Assembly (NCBI RefSeq): GCF_006345805.1
Contig: NC_043007.1
Coordinates: 30,938,001-31,002,000 of the forward strand
DNA length: 64,000 bases
Source of the DNA: Octopus sinensis
Taxonomy: Eukaryota
Reading direction: 5' to 3'
The position numbers and the translations under genes were made by a program. The notes beneath the pieces are model-generated. The model had not been told where the DNA came from and made no database searches. It worked only from the letters and a program-made list of their open reading frames with translations. Position 1 is the stretch's first letter, and each line of letters begins with the position of its first letter. Below are positions 48,230 to 61,905 of this stretch, in pieces.

Positions 48230-48710
48230 ACCGAAGATGTACAGAAAACAGATTCCATCACATGCAAGGGGAAAAAACTAGAAGTAGTTGATAGCTTCCA
48301 TTACTTAGGTGACCAAGTCAGTAGGTGGGGGTACTCTGAGAGTGTAGCTGCTAGAATAAGAATAGCCTGGGTAAAGTTCAGAGAGCTCCTACTTCTGCTG
48401 GTAACAAAAGGCCTCTCGCTCAGAGTGAAAGGTAGACTCTATGATGCATGTGTGTGAACAGCCATGTTACGTGGCAGTGAAACATGGGCTGTGACTGCTA
48501 AGGACATGTGTAGGTTTGATAGAAATGAAGCTAGTATACTCTGCTGGATGTGTAATGTCAGTGTACATACACGACAGAGTGTAAGTGCCTTGAGAGAAAA
48601 GTTGGACATATGAAGCATCAGATGTGGTGTGCAAGAGAGACGACTGCACTGGTATGGTCATGTGTGGCATATAGATGAGGACAGCTGTGTGAAGAAGTAT
48701 CAAAGTTTGT
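48230..48710 (+). mobile_element. RTE-clade LINE fragment
   Basis: LEVVDSFHYLGDQV...SVAARIRIAWVKFRELL..KGLSLRVKGRLYDACV.TAML.GSETW...RRLHWYGHV. Confidence 0.9.
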
Positions 48711-50019
48711 ATATGAAATCCATCTTTTTTTCTACTTCAATTATTACATGTTTTTCTCTCATATGATACACACATACAGGCTGAGTAAACTTAAATCTGT
48801 AGTCATAGTCTCACATTGGTTCAGATTCCAAACTGAATCTTTCAATTCTCCTTTGGCATATTGCCTATTCAAACGTCAAAAGGAACAGTGACAGATGGAT
48901 GTTCCACTTAGCCTTTTCAGTCAACTGGATCCCGTAAAGCTATTCTTCTATATAATATACCCATTTTTCTAGCTTCTTGGCCTGAGAAACAATAAAAGTA
49001 ATTACCCAATCAATGACGGGTATTACTGCTAGTATGTATATATTTGTGTGTGTGTGTGTACATGTATGTGCACACATACACACACACACACACACATATG
49101 AGCTTCCAAAGTTTCCATTTACCAAATTCACTCATAGGCATTGATTGACCCTGGGCTGTTGTAGAAGGCACTTGCCTAAGGTGCCACACAGTGGCACTGA
49201 ACCCAGACCAAGTGGTTGCAAGGTGAGCTTCTTAACCACACAGCCATTTCTATATAAGTTTATCATCTTTTGTTGTCTGGGGAGAGTCATTTTCGTTTTG
49301 TGCCCTATAATGTAACACACTCACCGGTAAAATTTCCACTTATTTTTATTTTCCTAAAATTTTCGTTGCGTCTTGCAACCTTTTCAATAGTCTTGACTCT
49401 TTTTAATAGCTAATTTCTAGATAAATGGAGGAGATACCATATTCTTCCATATAGTCTGATAGACTTACCGATCAAAGATGTTTGAGTGATCAGCTTTTGT
49501 CAAATGACCTGCACAAATGATTTGTTTATTGTGATCAGATGTATGCACTGGACATTAGTTCCCTCCCTCCTCCATCAAATTAATGTTACCTGAACAGGTG
49601 CCACAGTGTGCATCACGCATTAAGTGTTGAAGTGATTGCAGCGTAGCATGAGATGAAGTGTTTTGCTCAAGAGCATAATGCACCACCCAATCTAGGAATT
49701 GAAACTGCAATCTCACGATTGTGAATGCATCACTCTAACTACTAGGCCACGTGCCCTCCTGATAATATATAAATCCACAATTGTGAGATAAAAAGCTTAG
49801 CACCTTCTTATCTGTTCCCACCTTTAAAACTTTAAATATTGAGATCACTGATTCTTTAAACACTTCACTGCTGCATTGTAAAGGGCGTTTAGCATTCAGA
49901 TCACTCTGTTAAATGTAATACTTATTTACAGTTGGTGTGAGAAGCTGGATCTGGCCAGGTTGAACATAAAACAAGAAGAATATTTCGGCCAGATACGGCT
50001 GGATCAAATGCTAAAGGGT

Positions 50020-50335
50020 TGGGAGGATGACCATGGGATTGCACCTAGAAAATTACCCTCCAGGGTACAAGTCCGGGCAAGATTGTTTATGGAAGGCCAG
50101 CAGTCGCCCATGCATACCAGCCGCCCCTCTCCACACCACTGATGTTATCCAAGGGAAAGGCAAATTCCGATGCACCAGTGATGTCGCAACTCGTTTCTAT
50201 AGCTGAGTGAACTGGAGCAACGTGAAATAAAGTGTCTTGCTCAAGAACACAACATGCAGCCAGGTCTGGGAATCAAACTCACAACCTCACAGTCGTAAGC
50301 TTGACACTCTAACCACTGAGCCATGCGCCTTCACA
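50020..50335 (-). mobile_element. Family C SINE
   Basis: ctgagtgaactggagcaacgtgaaataaagtgtcttgctcaag core and tRNA-like head. Confidence 0.75.
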
Positions 50336-50695
50336 TTATATATATATATGTATATAAAGGGTTAATTGTTAATTATTCATGTCATAAGAATTTGGGAACT
50401 TGGGGAGATGGGAAATAATTCGTTTTTAATTATGGAACTCAAAGTAAATAAAATTTGTAAATAGTTATTTCAAATTTTTGCCACAAGGGCAGCTTAGGGA
50501 ATGGGGGAATGAGTCGATTACATCGACCCCAGTGTTCAACTGGTATTTATTTCATTGACCACAAAAGGATGAAAGGCAAAGTTTACCTTGGCAGAATTTG
50601 AACTCAGAACGTAGTGATGGGTGAAATACTGCTAAGCATTTTGTCCAGCATGCTAACGATTCTGACATCTCGTTGCCTTATTAAACTTATAAATA

Positions 50696-51360
50696 ACTAG
50701 CAGAGTTACCCGGCGTTGCCCGTGTTACATGCAATTGAAGAACTAGACTTTTCTGTTATATTTTCTGTAATGAACTGGAATACCTATGTTTCGAATTTCA
50801 TCAAAATTGCAGATTTACACACCCTAAAAAAATTATAATCTTGCCACTTGTATCCCATACTACTGATTTTTATGTGCATATTCCAAAATTCCAGTCTTAT
50901 AGAACCTGTTAAAAGGATTTTGCTCCTGAAAAATGGAGGTCATGGAGCTCTAAAATTGGGGGTGGGCGTCTTAATGTGAACCAGAGAATTTGAATTGTTG
51001 AGAATCTTTTTAACTTGGGTCCTATATCTATTGTTTGAATTTCTTTGAAATAGGAAATATATGTTCACTGGGTTTGTAAAAGAGAGCAAAGCTACAGGAA
51101 ACCAAAAGACGAATGATCACAATAAGCAGTCAGCTACAGTACCCTAGTCATTACCACTCCCAATGTAGTATTCCTCACCATCCAGGTGACAGGCACAGCA
51201 GTAAGATGCATTACGAATCTATAGCAATTGGAAGGGCATGACCCAACTGAAATAAACATTAACAACTGTGTGACGTGAGGGCTAAGGAGAAATGAAAGTT
51301 GGAGTTTGCAAATGACCACTATACTGATACGTAACTGGACAGAATAAATTTACAATCTAT
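50696..51360 (+). mobile_element. Helentron/HINE-like element, type H3 (right end uncertain)
   Basis: actagcagagttacccggcgttgcccg start. Confidence 0.45.
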
Positions 51361-53004
51361 AAATGTCTTTGAATAACCAGTCACTCATCTGGGAAGGCCT
51401 TGAAATCAACGTTACTATCTGGGGACTATGTGTGACCCAGTGATAATAAAAAGACTGAAAGGAGGTCTGTAATCAAATAACTTTACTCAACACTTTGCAA
51501 CTGAATCAGTGGAGGCAAAGATGCCTCATTTACTTGACAATTTATGCAGCACATTGCAGAAATCACAATCTAAGTGTATGTCAAAGCAAACTCTTACACT
51601 GTTGTACCATTGAATTACAAATAATGCTCATCTTTTATGCTCAGGTGATCCTACAGCTTCCAAGAGTACAACTGTATTTGTCTTTGCTTAGATAAAATTA
51701 CTAAATTGTGGGTGTTAAGTCCCCATGAAGGGGTCTTTCTAATTTGTAAGAAGATGAAATTTTATAAATATTACTTTATTTGTATATAATATCTATGGTT
51801 AAAATTTCATCAACAGCAAAAATATATGAATTGTCATGGGGGTTGTGGCCCTTATGCATAGAATATAATTTCCAAATTCCTGAAAGATCTATTCAGTACT
51901 TTTGACCTAGTTTTGAATCATAAAAGAAATGACTAAAATTTGGGAGTTAAGGCCCCCATTAGGGTGTCTTAGAATCCTCATGTGAAGTGGAAACTTTGAG
52001 AATACTTCTTGATGTGTGTCAATTACCCGTGGTTGAACTTTCTCTCACTCTTTCTTCCTGTTTCTTGGGTAACGCTGCAATGGACTGGCGTCCCGTCCAG
52101 CTTGGGGGAACACATATGCCACAGAAACTGGGAAACCGGGCCCATGAGCCTGGCTAGGCTTGAAAAGGGCGCATAAAATTTTAAAAAAAGTTTTGATAAC
52201 ATTACTATGTACATTTAAAGGACTTAACGAGAAAAAGAAGTTAACGAAGGATTGTACATGTATGTTGATAAATGAAAAAGAAAATAGCAAAGTGTCAAAT
52301 CTTTTGAAAAGAAAGTAATTAAATAATTAATCAAATTTATCTGACAGTGTACCTTGAAATATAGCTGGTATATTTTATATGTCAAGTGTCGTAATGAAAA
52401 GACATCCTGTCCAACCCAGCAATTAATCAAAGTATACACGTCCTCTTGGTTATTTTAGTCATTTTTATTCGTACTGTTAGAATGAATCACCTGTGTTCTG
52501 CTACTAGTTCGTGCAACATAATATTGGTCATTGTAACTGCTGCTTAGACCCAAGCCAAGACTTTACAGAAGTTAAATATAATTAGACATGCAACTGGAGG
52601 TCTGACTAGTTTCTGTGTCAAGCTATGCAGAACACACTATGGATCTATTTATAATTTCGCTTTATGTGAATTTTATTTAAGGAATAATAAGCAAATGGTT
52701 TTGAAATATGAGGTTTATAAGGGTAATGAATAAAAAGGCATCTTTGAAAAGGCTTTTCTGTTAATTATATAGCATATCTCTTATTAATTAATTAAAACAG
52801 TATATACTGGATCTGATGTGTAATTAGAGCAATTAGACTTATTGATATTGTAAAGAATAATTCACACACACACACACATGCACGTACACACACACACACA
52901 TGCATGTACACACACATGCACACATACATGCATGTACACACACATGCATGTACACACACAAAACAAACCATACTATGCTCTCAATATCTTTTCTCTTTTT
53001 GTCT

Positions 53005-53243
53005 TTTGTTTTACTTGTTTCAGCCATTGGACTGTGGCCATCCTGGAGTACCTGCCTTATATGGTTTAGTCAAACAAATCACCCCCACTGCTTATTTTAA
53101 GTCTGTCTTTTTTGCTGAACCACTAAGTTATGGGGACATAAACAAACCAACAGTTACCAAGCAATGGAAGGAAAATAGCACAGACGCACACACATGCATG
53201 CACAGACACACACTCACACACACACACACACACACACACATAC

Positions 53244-53295
<52 letters not shown>

Positions 53296-53455
53296 GACGG
53301 GCTTCTTTCAGTTTCCGTCTACCAAATCCACTCACAAGGCATTGGTCGGCCCGGGGCTATAGCAGAAGACACTTGCCCAAGATGCCACGCAGTGGGACTG
53401 ACCCCAGAACTATGTAGTTCGTAAGCAAGCTACTTACCACACATCCACTCCTATG
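53005..53455 (-). mobile_element. Family A SINE
   Basis: Tail, long (CA)/(TA) tract and head. Confidence 0.8.
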
Positions 53456-53785
53456 CCTATAACTGACATTTATTGAAAAAGAATCCTTTTATTTCCAGCA
53501 GAGTTAAAAGTTCATGGCATTTCTTCCTCCATTCTTTAATTTTTGCAAGTATGCTTGATCAGGGCTGACTCGGGGTCCATACAATAGCAAAAAGGGACAT
53601 TTCAAAACATCACTAACAGAAGTAGTTAATAATATTTAGCAGCATCAGGCAAGGACCCTAATACTGAAAATTGACACAGAGGAAAGCTGTAGTCTTTACA
53701 ATAAACAAACAGTATCAATATTGCAGCATGGAAGGTGTTTATAAGCCATTTAAGAAACACACAGAAACCATTGGATTCACTTCAA

Positions 53786-54290
53786 CATCATCATCATCAT
53801 CATCATCATCGTTAACGTCCGTTTTCCATGCTAGCATGGGTTGGACGGTTCGACCTGGGTCTGGGAAGCCAGGAGGCTGCACCAGGCTCCAGTCTTGATC
53901 TGGCAGTGTTTCTACAGCTGGATGCCCTTCCTAACGCCAACCACTCCGAGAGTGTAGTGGGTGCTTTTTACGTGCCAGGCAAGGCTGGCAATGGACATGA
54001 TCGATTGATGCTTTTTACGTGCCAGCAGAGGCTGGCAGTGGCCACAATCGGTTGGTGCTTTTTACGTGCCACCAGCACGGAAGCCAGTCAAGGCGGCGCT
54101 GGCATCAGCCATGTTCAGATGGAGCTTTTTATGTGCCACCGGCACAGGGATCACAACTACAATTTCCATTTGATATTTATTTTGATGTTGATGTACTTGA
54201 CTCAATAGGTCTCCTCAAGCACAGGATCGAAATAGTGTTTCTTTACTTGCCACCTGCACAGAAATCAGTCCAGCGGCACTCAGCACAGAA
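53786..54290 (-). mobile_element. Family D repeat nested in the 53723-54482 inverted-repeat element
   Basis: Long D copy with several gtgccac subrepeats; host halves match 11036-11275. Confidence 0.85.
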
Positions 54291-55196
54291 TTTTGTCAGT
54301 GAACAGGTTACAGTCTCAAAGCAACGAAAATACTTTGGCTAATTAAATTTAAATGTTGAAGAGAATCTAACAGTTTTTGTGTTTTTAAATAGCTTATAAA
54401 CACCTTCCATGCTCTAATTGTTTTTGTTTCAGCACACAATCTCAGATCAGGTCACTTGCTATGCAAGTACATCTCTGTAATAGTATCAATATTAGTATTT
54501 AATTTGTTGTTTTGTTCAGGTGCAGTTCCTTCTAGTTGGGTTTAAATCTCTATTTACATTTTTATCTGTAAATCTGTGTTTAGATTGAGTAGCAAAAACT
54601 TACCTTGACAAACTATTAAAACCTGTTTTTTAAATAGAGAAAGACAGTATTGTTTAAACAATGCAGTCAATGAGGTCATAAGAAATGTTATTTTATTTTT
54701 GTACTGGTAAAGTCTCAGAAACTATCAAATTGGTGCCACTCAAAAATAAGCCTGCAAAAATTGTAGAGAAACATAGGTGATACCATAGAGAAGGGAAAAG
54801 ATACCAAATGCTAGCAATGAGATTTTTGGCACAGGTGTGGCTGTGTGGTGAGATGCTTGCTTCCCAACCACATGGCTCTGAGGTCAATCCCACTGCATGG
54901 CACTTTGGGCAAGTGTCTTCTACTACAGCCTCAGGCCAACCAAAGCCTTGTGAGTGGATTTAGTTGACAGAAAATGAAAAGAAGCCCATCGTATATATGT
55001 ATATGTATTTATATGTGTATGTGTTTCTCCCTACCACTACTTGACAACCGTTGTTGGTGTGTTTACATCCCTGTGACTTAGTGATTTGGCAAAAAAGATT
55101 GAGCTTCAGAGATGAGATGACAAACAACTGAGATCCGTGCTAACATGGTGTATGACTGAGTCATTCAGCCGATGCCCCAGTATGAAAATAATCTAA

Positions 55197-55410
55197 TATT
55201 CTTTTCTACTCTAGGCACAAAGCCTGAAATTTTAGGGGATGGGGCTAGTCGGCTAGATCGACCTCAGTACACAACTGGTACTTAATTTATTGACCGTGAA
55301 AGGATGAAAGGCAAAGTCAACCTCAGCGGAATTTGAACTCAGAACGTAAAGACAGATGAAATACCTCTAAGCATTTCTCCCATCGTGCTAACGTTTCTAC
55401 TAGCTTGTTG
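55197..55410 (-). mobile_element. Family B SINE, monomer
   Basis: Complete tail-to-head match. Confidence 0.8.
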
Positions 55411-56245
55411 CCTAATATTAAAACAATGATGATGACTGTGGCAGAGCTACAGTGTGTGCTGCTGAGGGCTGCTCTTCAGTTCCACTCACCTATTGCCAAA
55501 AACGCTGCCTCAGGAAAATGTTGCCTGGTGGAGTAGCCCCCCCACACACACACACACTCCGGTTATGCTACTGGATGATGGTGATGATGATGATGATGAT
55601 ATAAAGGACACCTGGTGTGACTGATGTGAAGAAATACTTTTACAATAAACTGTTGTGAATCACTGCAAACACAGGTAAGCAATGGATAACTCACCATCTT
55701 AGCTAGCAGGAGGTTTTAACAGTCGTATAAAGGAAGATCATTATTGATACACTAGGCACCCATATTGGTATGTTTATGTTCCCGTAATTTAGTGGTTCGG
55801 CAAAAAGGACCGATAGCATAAGTACTATCTAGGCTTACAAAGAATAAATCCTGGGGTCGATTTGATTGACTAAATGCAATGCTCCAGCATGGCCTCAGTC
55901 AAATGACTGAAGAAAGTAAAAGAAAAAGGAAGAATATTTAAAAGGTGTCCTAGGAGGGTTTCTAAGTCCTGATAGCTACCAAGCTCATTAATATGCAATT
56001 CTCACCCCCCACCCAATAATGAATCATTCATTTCTTAAAATTATCTCCCCATCTTTTTGTGAGCCACCAACAATTACTGTTTGTTCTTTGTTTTCTTTTG
56101 CCTACTAAGAGAGGAATTTCACTGTCTTAAGAAATTTATGCCCATGTCATTCAGTACACTTGTACCTATTTGTATCACCTCAATTGAAGCCATTAGATTA
56201 TTTCAGTTATTTGGCTCACCTCCACCTAATTTGGTCTTATCTTTA

Positions 56246-56640
56246 ACTAGCAGTATCGCCCCACGTTGCTCGGGTTTGTTTCGACCCTTTAGAATTGGAA
56301 TTTTTGAAAAGTAAAAATTTTGCATTATGTAGTTTGTTATTCTCTTTTAGTGAACATTTTTCTGGTTGAAATACACCGAAAAATGGCAACACAGCAGTCA
56401 ATCGTAAAAAATAGGAATTTTCATAGAAAAAAAGCACCTTTTTGATGTAAATAATTTTTGGTGTTAACATGGTCCGATTTGAATTTTTTCTTCTATGGAA
56501 GGAAGAGCAAGCCTTTTTCTATCACACTCTCAATTTTGGTCAACTTGCGCCACAGGGTCTCGGAGGAGATAGTGTTAGTTGAAGGCTGCCAAACCTGCCA
56601 CACACACACACAACTTCAGCTTTATAGATATAGAGAGAGA
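56246..56640 (+). mobile_element. Helentron/HINE-like element, type H1
   Basis: Near-identical to 33183-33574. Confidence 0.7.
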
Positions 56641-56644
56641 TTAA

Positions 56645-57420
56645 TTTATTTTATCTGTTTCAGTCATTAGACTGCAGCCATGCTGGGGGTACCACTTTTA
56701 AGGGTTTTAGTTAAACAAATTGAGCCCAATACTTACTTATGGTTTTTTTTTTTTTAAGTCTGGTACTTATTGCATCGGTCCCTTTTGCTGAACCGCTAAA
56801 TTACAAAGATGTAAGTAAACCAACACCAGTTGTCAAGTGATGGAGGGACAAACACACACACACACACACACACATCATCATCATCATCGTTTAACATCCG
56901 CTTTCCATGCTAGCATGGGTTGGACAGTTCGACTGGGGTCTGGGAAGCCAGGGGCTGCAGTCTGATCTGGCAGTGTTTCAACAGCTGGATGCCCTTCCTA
57001 ACGCCAACCACTCCGTGAGTGTAGTGGGTGCTTTTTACATGCCACCGGCACAGGGGCCAGGGAAGGCTGGTAACGGCCACGATCAGTTGGTGCTTTTTAC
57101 GTGTCACTGGCACGGAAGCCAGTCAAGGCGGCGCTGGCATCGGCCACGTTCGGATGATGCTTTTTATGTGCCACCGGCACAGGGATCACAACTACAATTT
57201 CCATTTGATTTTTGATGTTGATACACATATGTATATATGCATGTATACATTATATACATATGATTGGGGTTCCACACAGTTCCCGTCTACCAAATTCACT
57301 CGCAAGGCATTGGTCAGCACAGGGCTATAGCAGAAGACACTTGTCCAAGGTGCCATGCAGTGGGTCTGAACCCTAAATTACACGGTTGTCAAGGGAGTGT
57401 CTTAACCACCCAAGCCATGC
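56645..57420 (-). mobile_element. Family A SINE split by a family D insertion (about 56874-57220)
   Basis: A tail at 56645-56870 and A head at 57262-57420, with D inserted in the internal (CA)n tract. Confidence 0.75.
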
Positions 57421-57796
57421 CTGCCTGCATCTGTATGTCAGGTGTAGAGTTAGGATCTGATTTATTGCGCTGTCAAAGTCACTGAGTAAAAGCCATTAAT
57501 AGTTATAGCTGTCCTAATTTGGCTCTTTCGTTTTCTCGTACAGAATAACCTAGTTGGAACAGGAATTTTAGAAATAAGCACCAATTTAAGACACGAAAGG
57601 CAGTAGTGTTCTCATTTCTCTTTTCTGCTTTAAATTGGTACTTATAGCTAAAACCATGACACATTGAAAATCTCAATGGTTCATTTATTAATTCAATGGA
57701 TTATTTATCTGAATAACATCTCTAACAATATATATATTCTCTACTGTAGATTTTTTTGTGTCAGTTTTGCATACATCCTTCCTATTGTAGGTTTGT

Positions 57797-58000
57797 TACC
57801 ATATTTGGTGGCATATAAAGCACATTTTTTTTTTACCAAAAAAAGTTGTCTCATAAAAAAAATCACCCAGGTTCTATATGTAAAGTTGGGCTTCTCAAGT
57901 TAATTTTAACCCTGAGGTTCTTTTTCCTGAAGACATGCTACTGAAATTGAGGTGCATTTAAGATGGGCGTGTGTCTTTTATGCCAAGTAAAAATATGGTA
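57797..58000. mobile_element. Tc1/mariner-type MITE
   Basis: TA-ccatattt...gcatataaa / ttttatgcc...aaatatgg-TA. Confidence 0.55.
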
Positions 58001-58613
58001 CATATAATAGGCACATAGTTATTCCGTGTGTCTGTGTCTATTTAACTTCCCTGATTATTTACAAAGTCATCATAATGAAATTAGTTTACACACTGCCAAT
58101 AGTGGTATTGTTATTATTTCCATTGCTGAAGTAAATTGTTCTTGTTTAGTTGGCAGAAGAGAAAGAGAAAGAGAAGAGAGCAAGCCGTGAACTGTCATGG
58201 AAAGCATGTGGTGGCAAAGGTCATCATTATACAAGGAAATGTTGCTAATTATGTGTCATTAACTTCATAAACGGCTCACAGATAGCTGACTCACTCAAAT
58301 TTCCCCTCACCACCTTTCAGCTCCCATATCCCCGCCGTACATGCACCAGGAAAACTTGTCAGACCCAATAAAGACAGTTTAATAGATATTTTGTTTTCTT
58401 ATTTTCATTTAAATGTTATATTTGATCTTCAAGATATTATTGTTATTTGTCAGTTATTTTGATCCCCGTTGTAGTTGTGACAACATATGACAGAAGAAAA
58501 ATATAACAGACACCTACAAATCTTTTCTATTGTGTTTGTTGGTCCACATATACAAACTTTTTGCCCCTTGAATGGCTAAGCCTGGCATCTTGCACTAATT
58601 CCAATATCATACC

Positions 58614-58919
58614 TTTATATATAAAATTGAAGTTGTGTGTGTGAGACTCTGTCTCCTCCGATTTAGATTCCTAACTACTCCCACATTTTGCGGTGCAGTT
58701 TAACCAAAAGCGGGTATCTTATAGTCGTGATTCATATCGAGCCCTTCTGGGTATTAGCGCGCGTCTACGATGAATCTACGATTTAAAAAAAAATTTACCA
58801 TCATTTTTCCTCATTTTTAATGATTTTTGCTCGGGTTATATAAGGGAAGTAACTCTCTAAAAATGCTTATATAGTTATTTCCCTTACAAACCCGAGCAAC
58901 ACCAGGCGATGCTGCTAGT
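58614..58919 (-). mobile_element. Helentron/HINE-like element, type H2
   Basis: Reverse complement of 47624-48007. Confidence 0.7.
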
Positions 58920-59079
58920 TTCTTACTAAATTCATTATTTGATCCAAAAATATGAAAAATCTTCTAATTAGGTTTTTCTATGTACCTGTTTTAATTCTAT
59001 ATTAGTACTTTTGCACCAGTCATTAGGAATCTGTGACTCCATGTGGAACTTAGGGCGTCAGCAAATGATCATCTGTCTC

Positions 59080-59330
59080 ATTTTTAACTCCGCCTTAACA
59101 AAGGCGGAGGTATTGTTTTCAGTTGTATTTGTTTGTTTGTCAGTGGACAAGATATCTCAAGAACCGTTGGATGGATTTGGACGAAAGTTTCAGGGATGTT
59201 TGGCCTCGTGGCTGGCATGAACTGATTAGATTTGGGGATCGATCTGATACTGGATAAGGATTCTGGATTATTTTTTCTGTTTTCTTCTTAGTTTTTGAGA
59301 GCAGTTTAAGAGGAACAGTAACTGTGTCAA
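59080..59330 (+). mobile_element. Helentron-like non-autonomous element
   Basis: actccgcc-ttaacaaa-ggcggagg hairpin start, (gttt)n, ttggatggatttggacgaaa, gattagattt pattern. Confidence 0.45.
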
Positions 59331-59663
59331 TCTCACAGTTTGAGGTCTTGAAAAGACCATTGACACAGCTTACCATTCTATTGAGACTGAAAAAAAATAT
59401 GGTATTATAGAAAATTGGAAAATGATTATACTTGTGTGCATGAGATAAATACAAACACACACACACATACACACACACACACACGTGTGTGTATGTGTGT
59501 GTACAGATAAAAGACATTTATGCAGATTTGGTTAATCACATGACAAAAAATAATTTGCTGAATAATTTGTCTCAAGTACTGCATATTTTGAGTTCTTATC
59601 AATCTACAGAGATAATGCTTAAGAAGCGGAAGATTTTACTGATATCTTAAGTGTTAATATTGG

Positions 59664-60052
59664 CTGCTGGCAGAATCGTTAGCACGCTGGGCAAAATGCT
59701 TAGCGGTATTTCGTCTGTCGCTACGTTCTGAGTTCAAATTCCGCCGAGGTCGACATTGCCTTTCATCCTTTCGGAGTTGATTAAATAAGTACCAGTTACG
59801 CACTGGGGTCGATATAATCGACTTAATCCGTTTGTCTGTACTTGTCTGTCCTCTCTGTTTAGCCCCTTGTGGGTAGTAAAGAAATAGGTATTTCGTCTGT
59901 CTTTACGTTCTGAGTTCAAATTCTGCTGAGGTCAACTTTACCTTTCATCCTTTCAGGGTCGATAAATTAAGTACCAGTTGCGTACTGGGGTTAATCTAAT
60001 CAACTAGCCCCCTTCTCCAAAATTTCAGGCCTTGTGCCTAGAGCAAAAAAGA
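59664..60052 (+). mobile_element. Family B SINE, dimeric form
   Basis: Head, two modules separated by linker gccccttgtgggtagtaaagaaatag, then tail. Confidence 0.85.
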
Positions 60053-60693
60053 ATATTGGCTGGCAGATATCAGTATGAGTCTGTGAACAGTTTGTTTACT
60101 GAACTTGTAAACAGGGCACCAGTTCTTGTTACATTCTTAAGTATTGGTCACATGTGGCTGACAAGTCACATGTTGAAACACCAATGCCCCAGAATCCCTT
60201 GCAATAATGAATTGAGTGTGTTATTAACACATATTTGTCATAAAGGAGAAGCTGTTCTCCTGTGACATACACAACAGCGATTAACATATTTGCATTCAAA
60301 TCTACCGTAATGTTTTAAGAATAAATATGCAAGCCTACAAGATAATGCAGGATTAGTTCGAAACAATGTAAATAAATAAGCATTAACCCTTTGGTATTTA
60401 AACTGGCTAAATCTGGCCCAAAATTTTCTACCTGTATTTATGTTAAAACTGGCCAAATAGGTATTGAATTAGCTACATTTTTAGGGGCCTAAATGCAGCC
60501 ATTCATCAAACAATAATGGTATGAAAGTAACTTTCAAAGCCTCTGCAATTTCAACAAGGTTCATACAATGGTCTTTTGTGTTGTGTTTATATCTGAGATA
60601 TATTAAAAATATGTGAGGTTTATTATTTGTATTTCAGCTTTTTATGGAACTAAATTATAACAATTTTTGTCATTTTTTTTTTTTCTTTTTCAG

Positions 60694-60763
60694 AGAGGAA
60701 GAACTTGATAGCAAGTTTATAATCTCTATGGAAGACAATAAAACCACAATTACAAATAACAAG
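60694..60763 (+). CDS. KIF16B: KIF16B coding exon 2
   Basis: Long poly-T tract and cAG; (R)EEELDSKFIISMEDNKTTITNNK resembles the recalled KIF16B segment REKDLEAKFIIQMEKSKTTITNLK; donor GTCAGT; in frame with exon 1. Confidence 0.88.
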
Positions 60764-61276
60764 GTCAGTGAAAGATTTACTAATTTCACTTGTATTTTTG
60801 ACTATGTAATGGTCATTATAACAACCACATCGTAACACTAATAAGGTTTTATAAGGTTAATTATGAACAGATTAAGTTACTATTTGATTAAATAAAAATG
60901 TAAAACATTACCTTTGTTTTGTTGTAGCAGAATACACAATAACTTATTAAAATGTTGGATGACTTGGCTACATCATCATCATTTTAACATCTGCTTTTCC
61001 ATGCTTGCATGCGTTGGACAAGGTTTATTGAGGTATATTTTCTGCAACCAGATGCTGTTCCTGTCCCCAACCCTTATTTGTTTCCAAGTAAGCTAATATT
61101 TCCCCATGGCTGGGCATGTTTTCAGAGAATATTGGAAATAAATGACTAAGGCAGTGATTCTCAACCATTTTTTGGCCTGTGGACTCCTTTGATTCCTATT
61201 TTCCTCAGGCAAACCCTCATAGCCATTTGATGAAAAAAACAAACCCTTATTGTATGTTTATAATCAATGACTGGCT

Positions 61277-61635
61277 TCTGTGTCGGTGGCACGTGACCTG
61301 CTGTGCTTGAGGAGACCTATTGAGTCAAGTACATAACATCAAAATAAATATCAAATGGAAATTGTAGTTGTGACCCCTGTGCCAGTGGCACGTAAAAAGC
61401 ACTATCCGAACAAGGCCAATGCCAACGCCACCTTGACTAGCTTCTGTGCCGGTGGCACGTAAAAAGCATCCATTACACTCATGGAGTGGTTGGCGTTAGG
61501 AAGGGCATCCAGCTGTAGAAACACTGCCAGATCAGACTGGAGCCTGGTGCTGCCTCCTGGCTTCCCAGAACCCGGTCGAACCATCCAACCTATGCTAGCA
61601 CAGAAAACGGACGTTAAACGATGATGATGGTGATG
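61277..61635 (+). mobile_element. Family D repeat nested in a hAT-like MITE (about 61152-61775)
   Basis: D core and (GAT)n tail between cagtgattctcaacc and ggttgagaag. Confidence 0.75.
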
Positions 61636-61905
61636 AAATTTTATTAAGAATTGTATAAAAAATCGTTAAAATATTTTGTGTATTATAGAAATATAATCAA
61701 TTTATTGCATTTATATTTTAATGACAAAATCTTATCTGGACCTCTAAAGGTCATATGCACCTTGGTTGAGAAGCAGTGGGATAAGGGAAGAAACTTGGAA
61801 AGTAGTAAGGAGTTACCAGACAAATACTTAGCCTTCAAAGTATTATCATAAGTGGAAGTGTTATTCCATGAAACTAGTGTCTTCAAGAACCAAATTTATG
61901 TGGAG

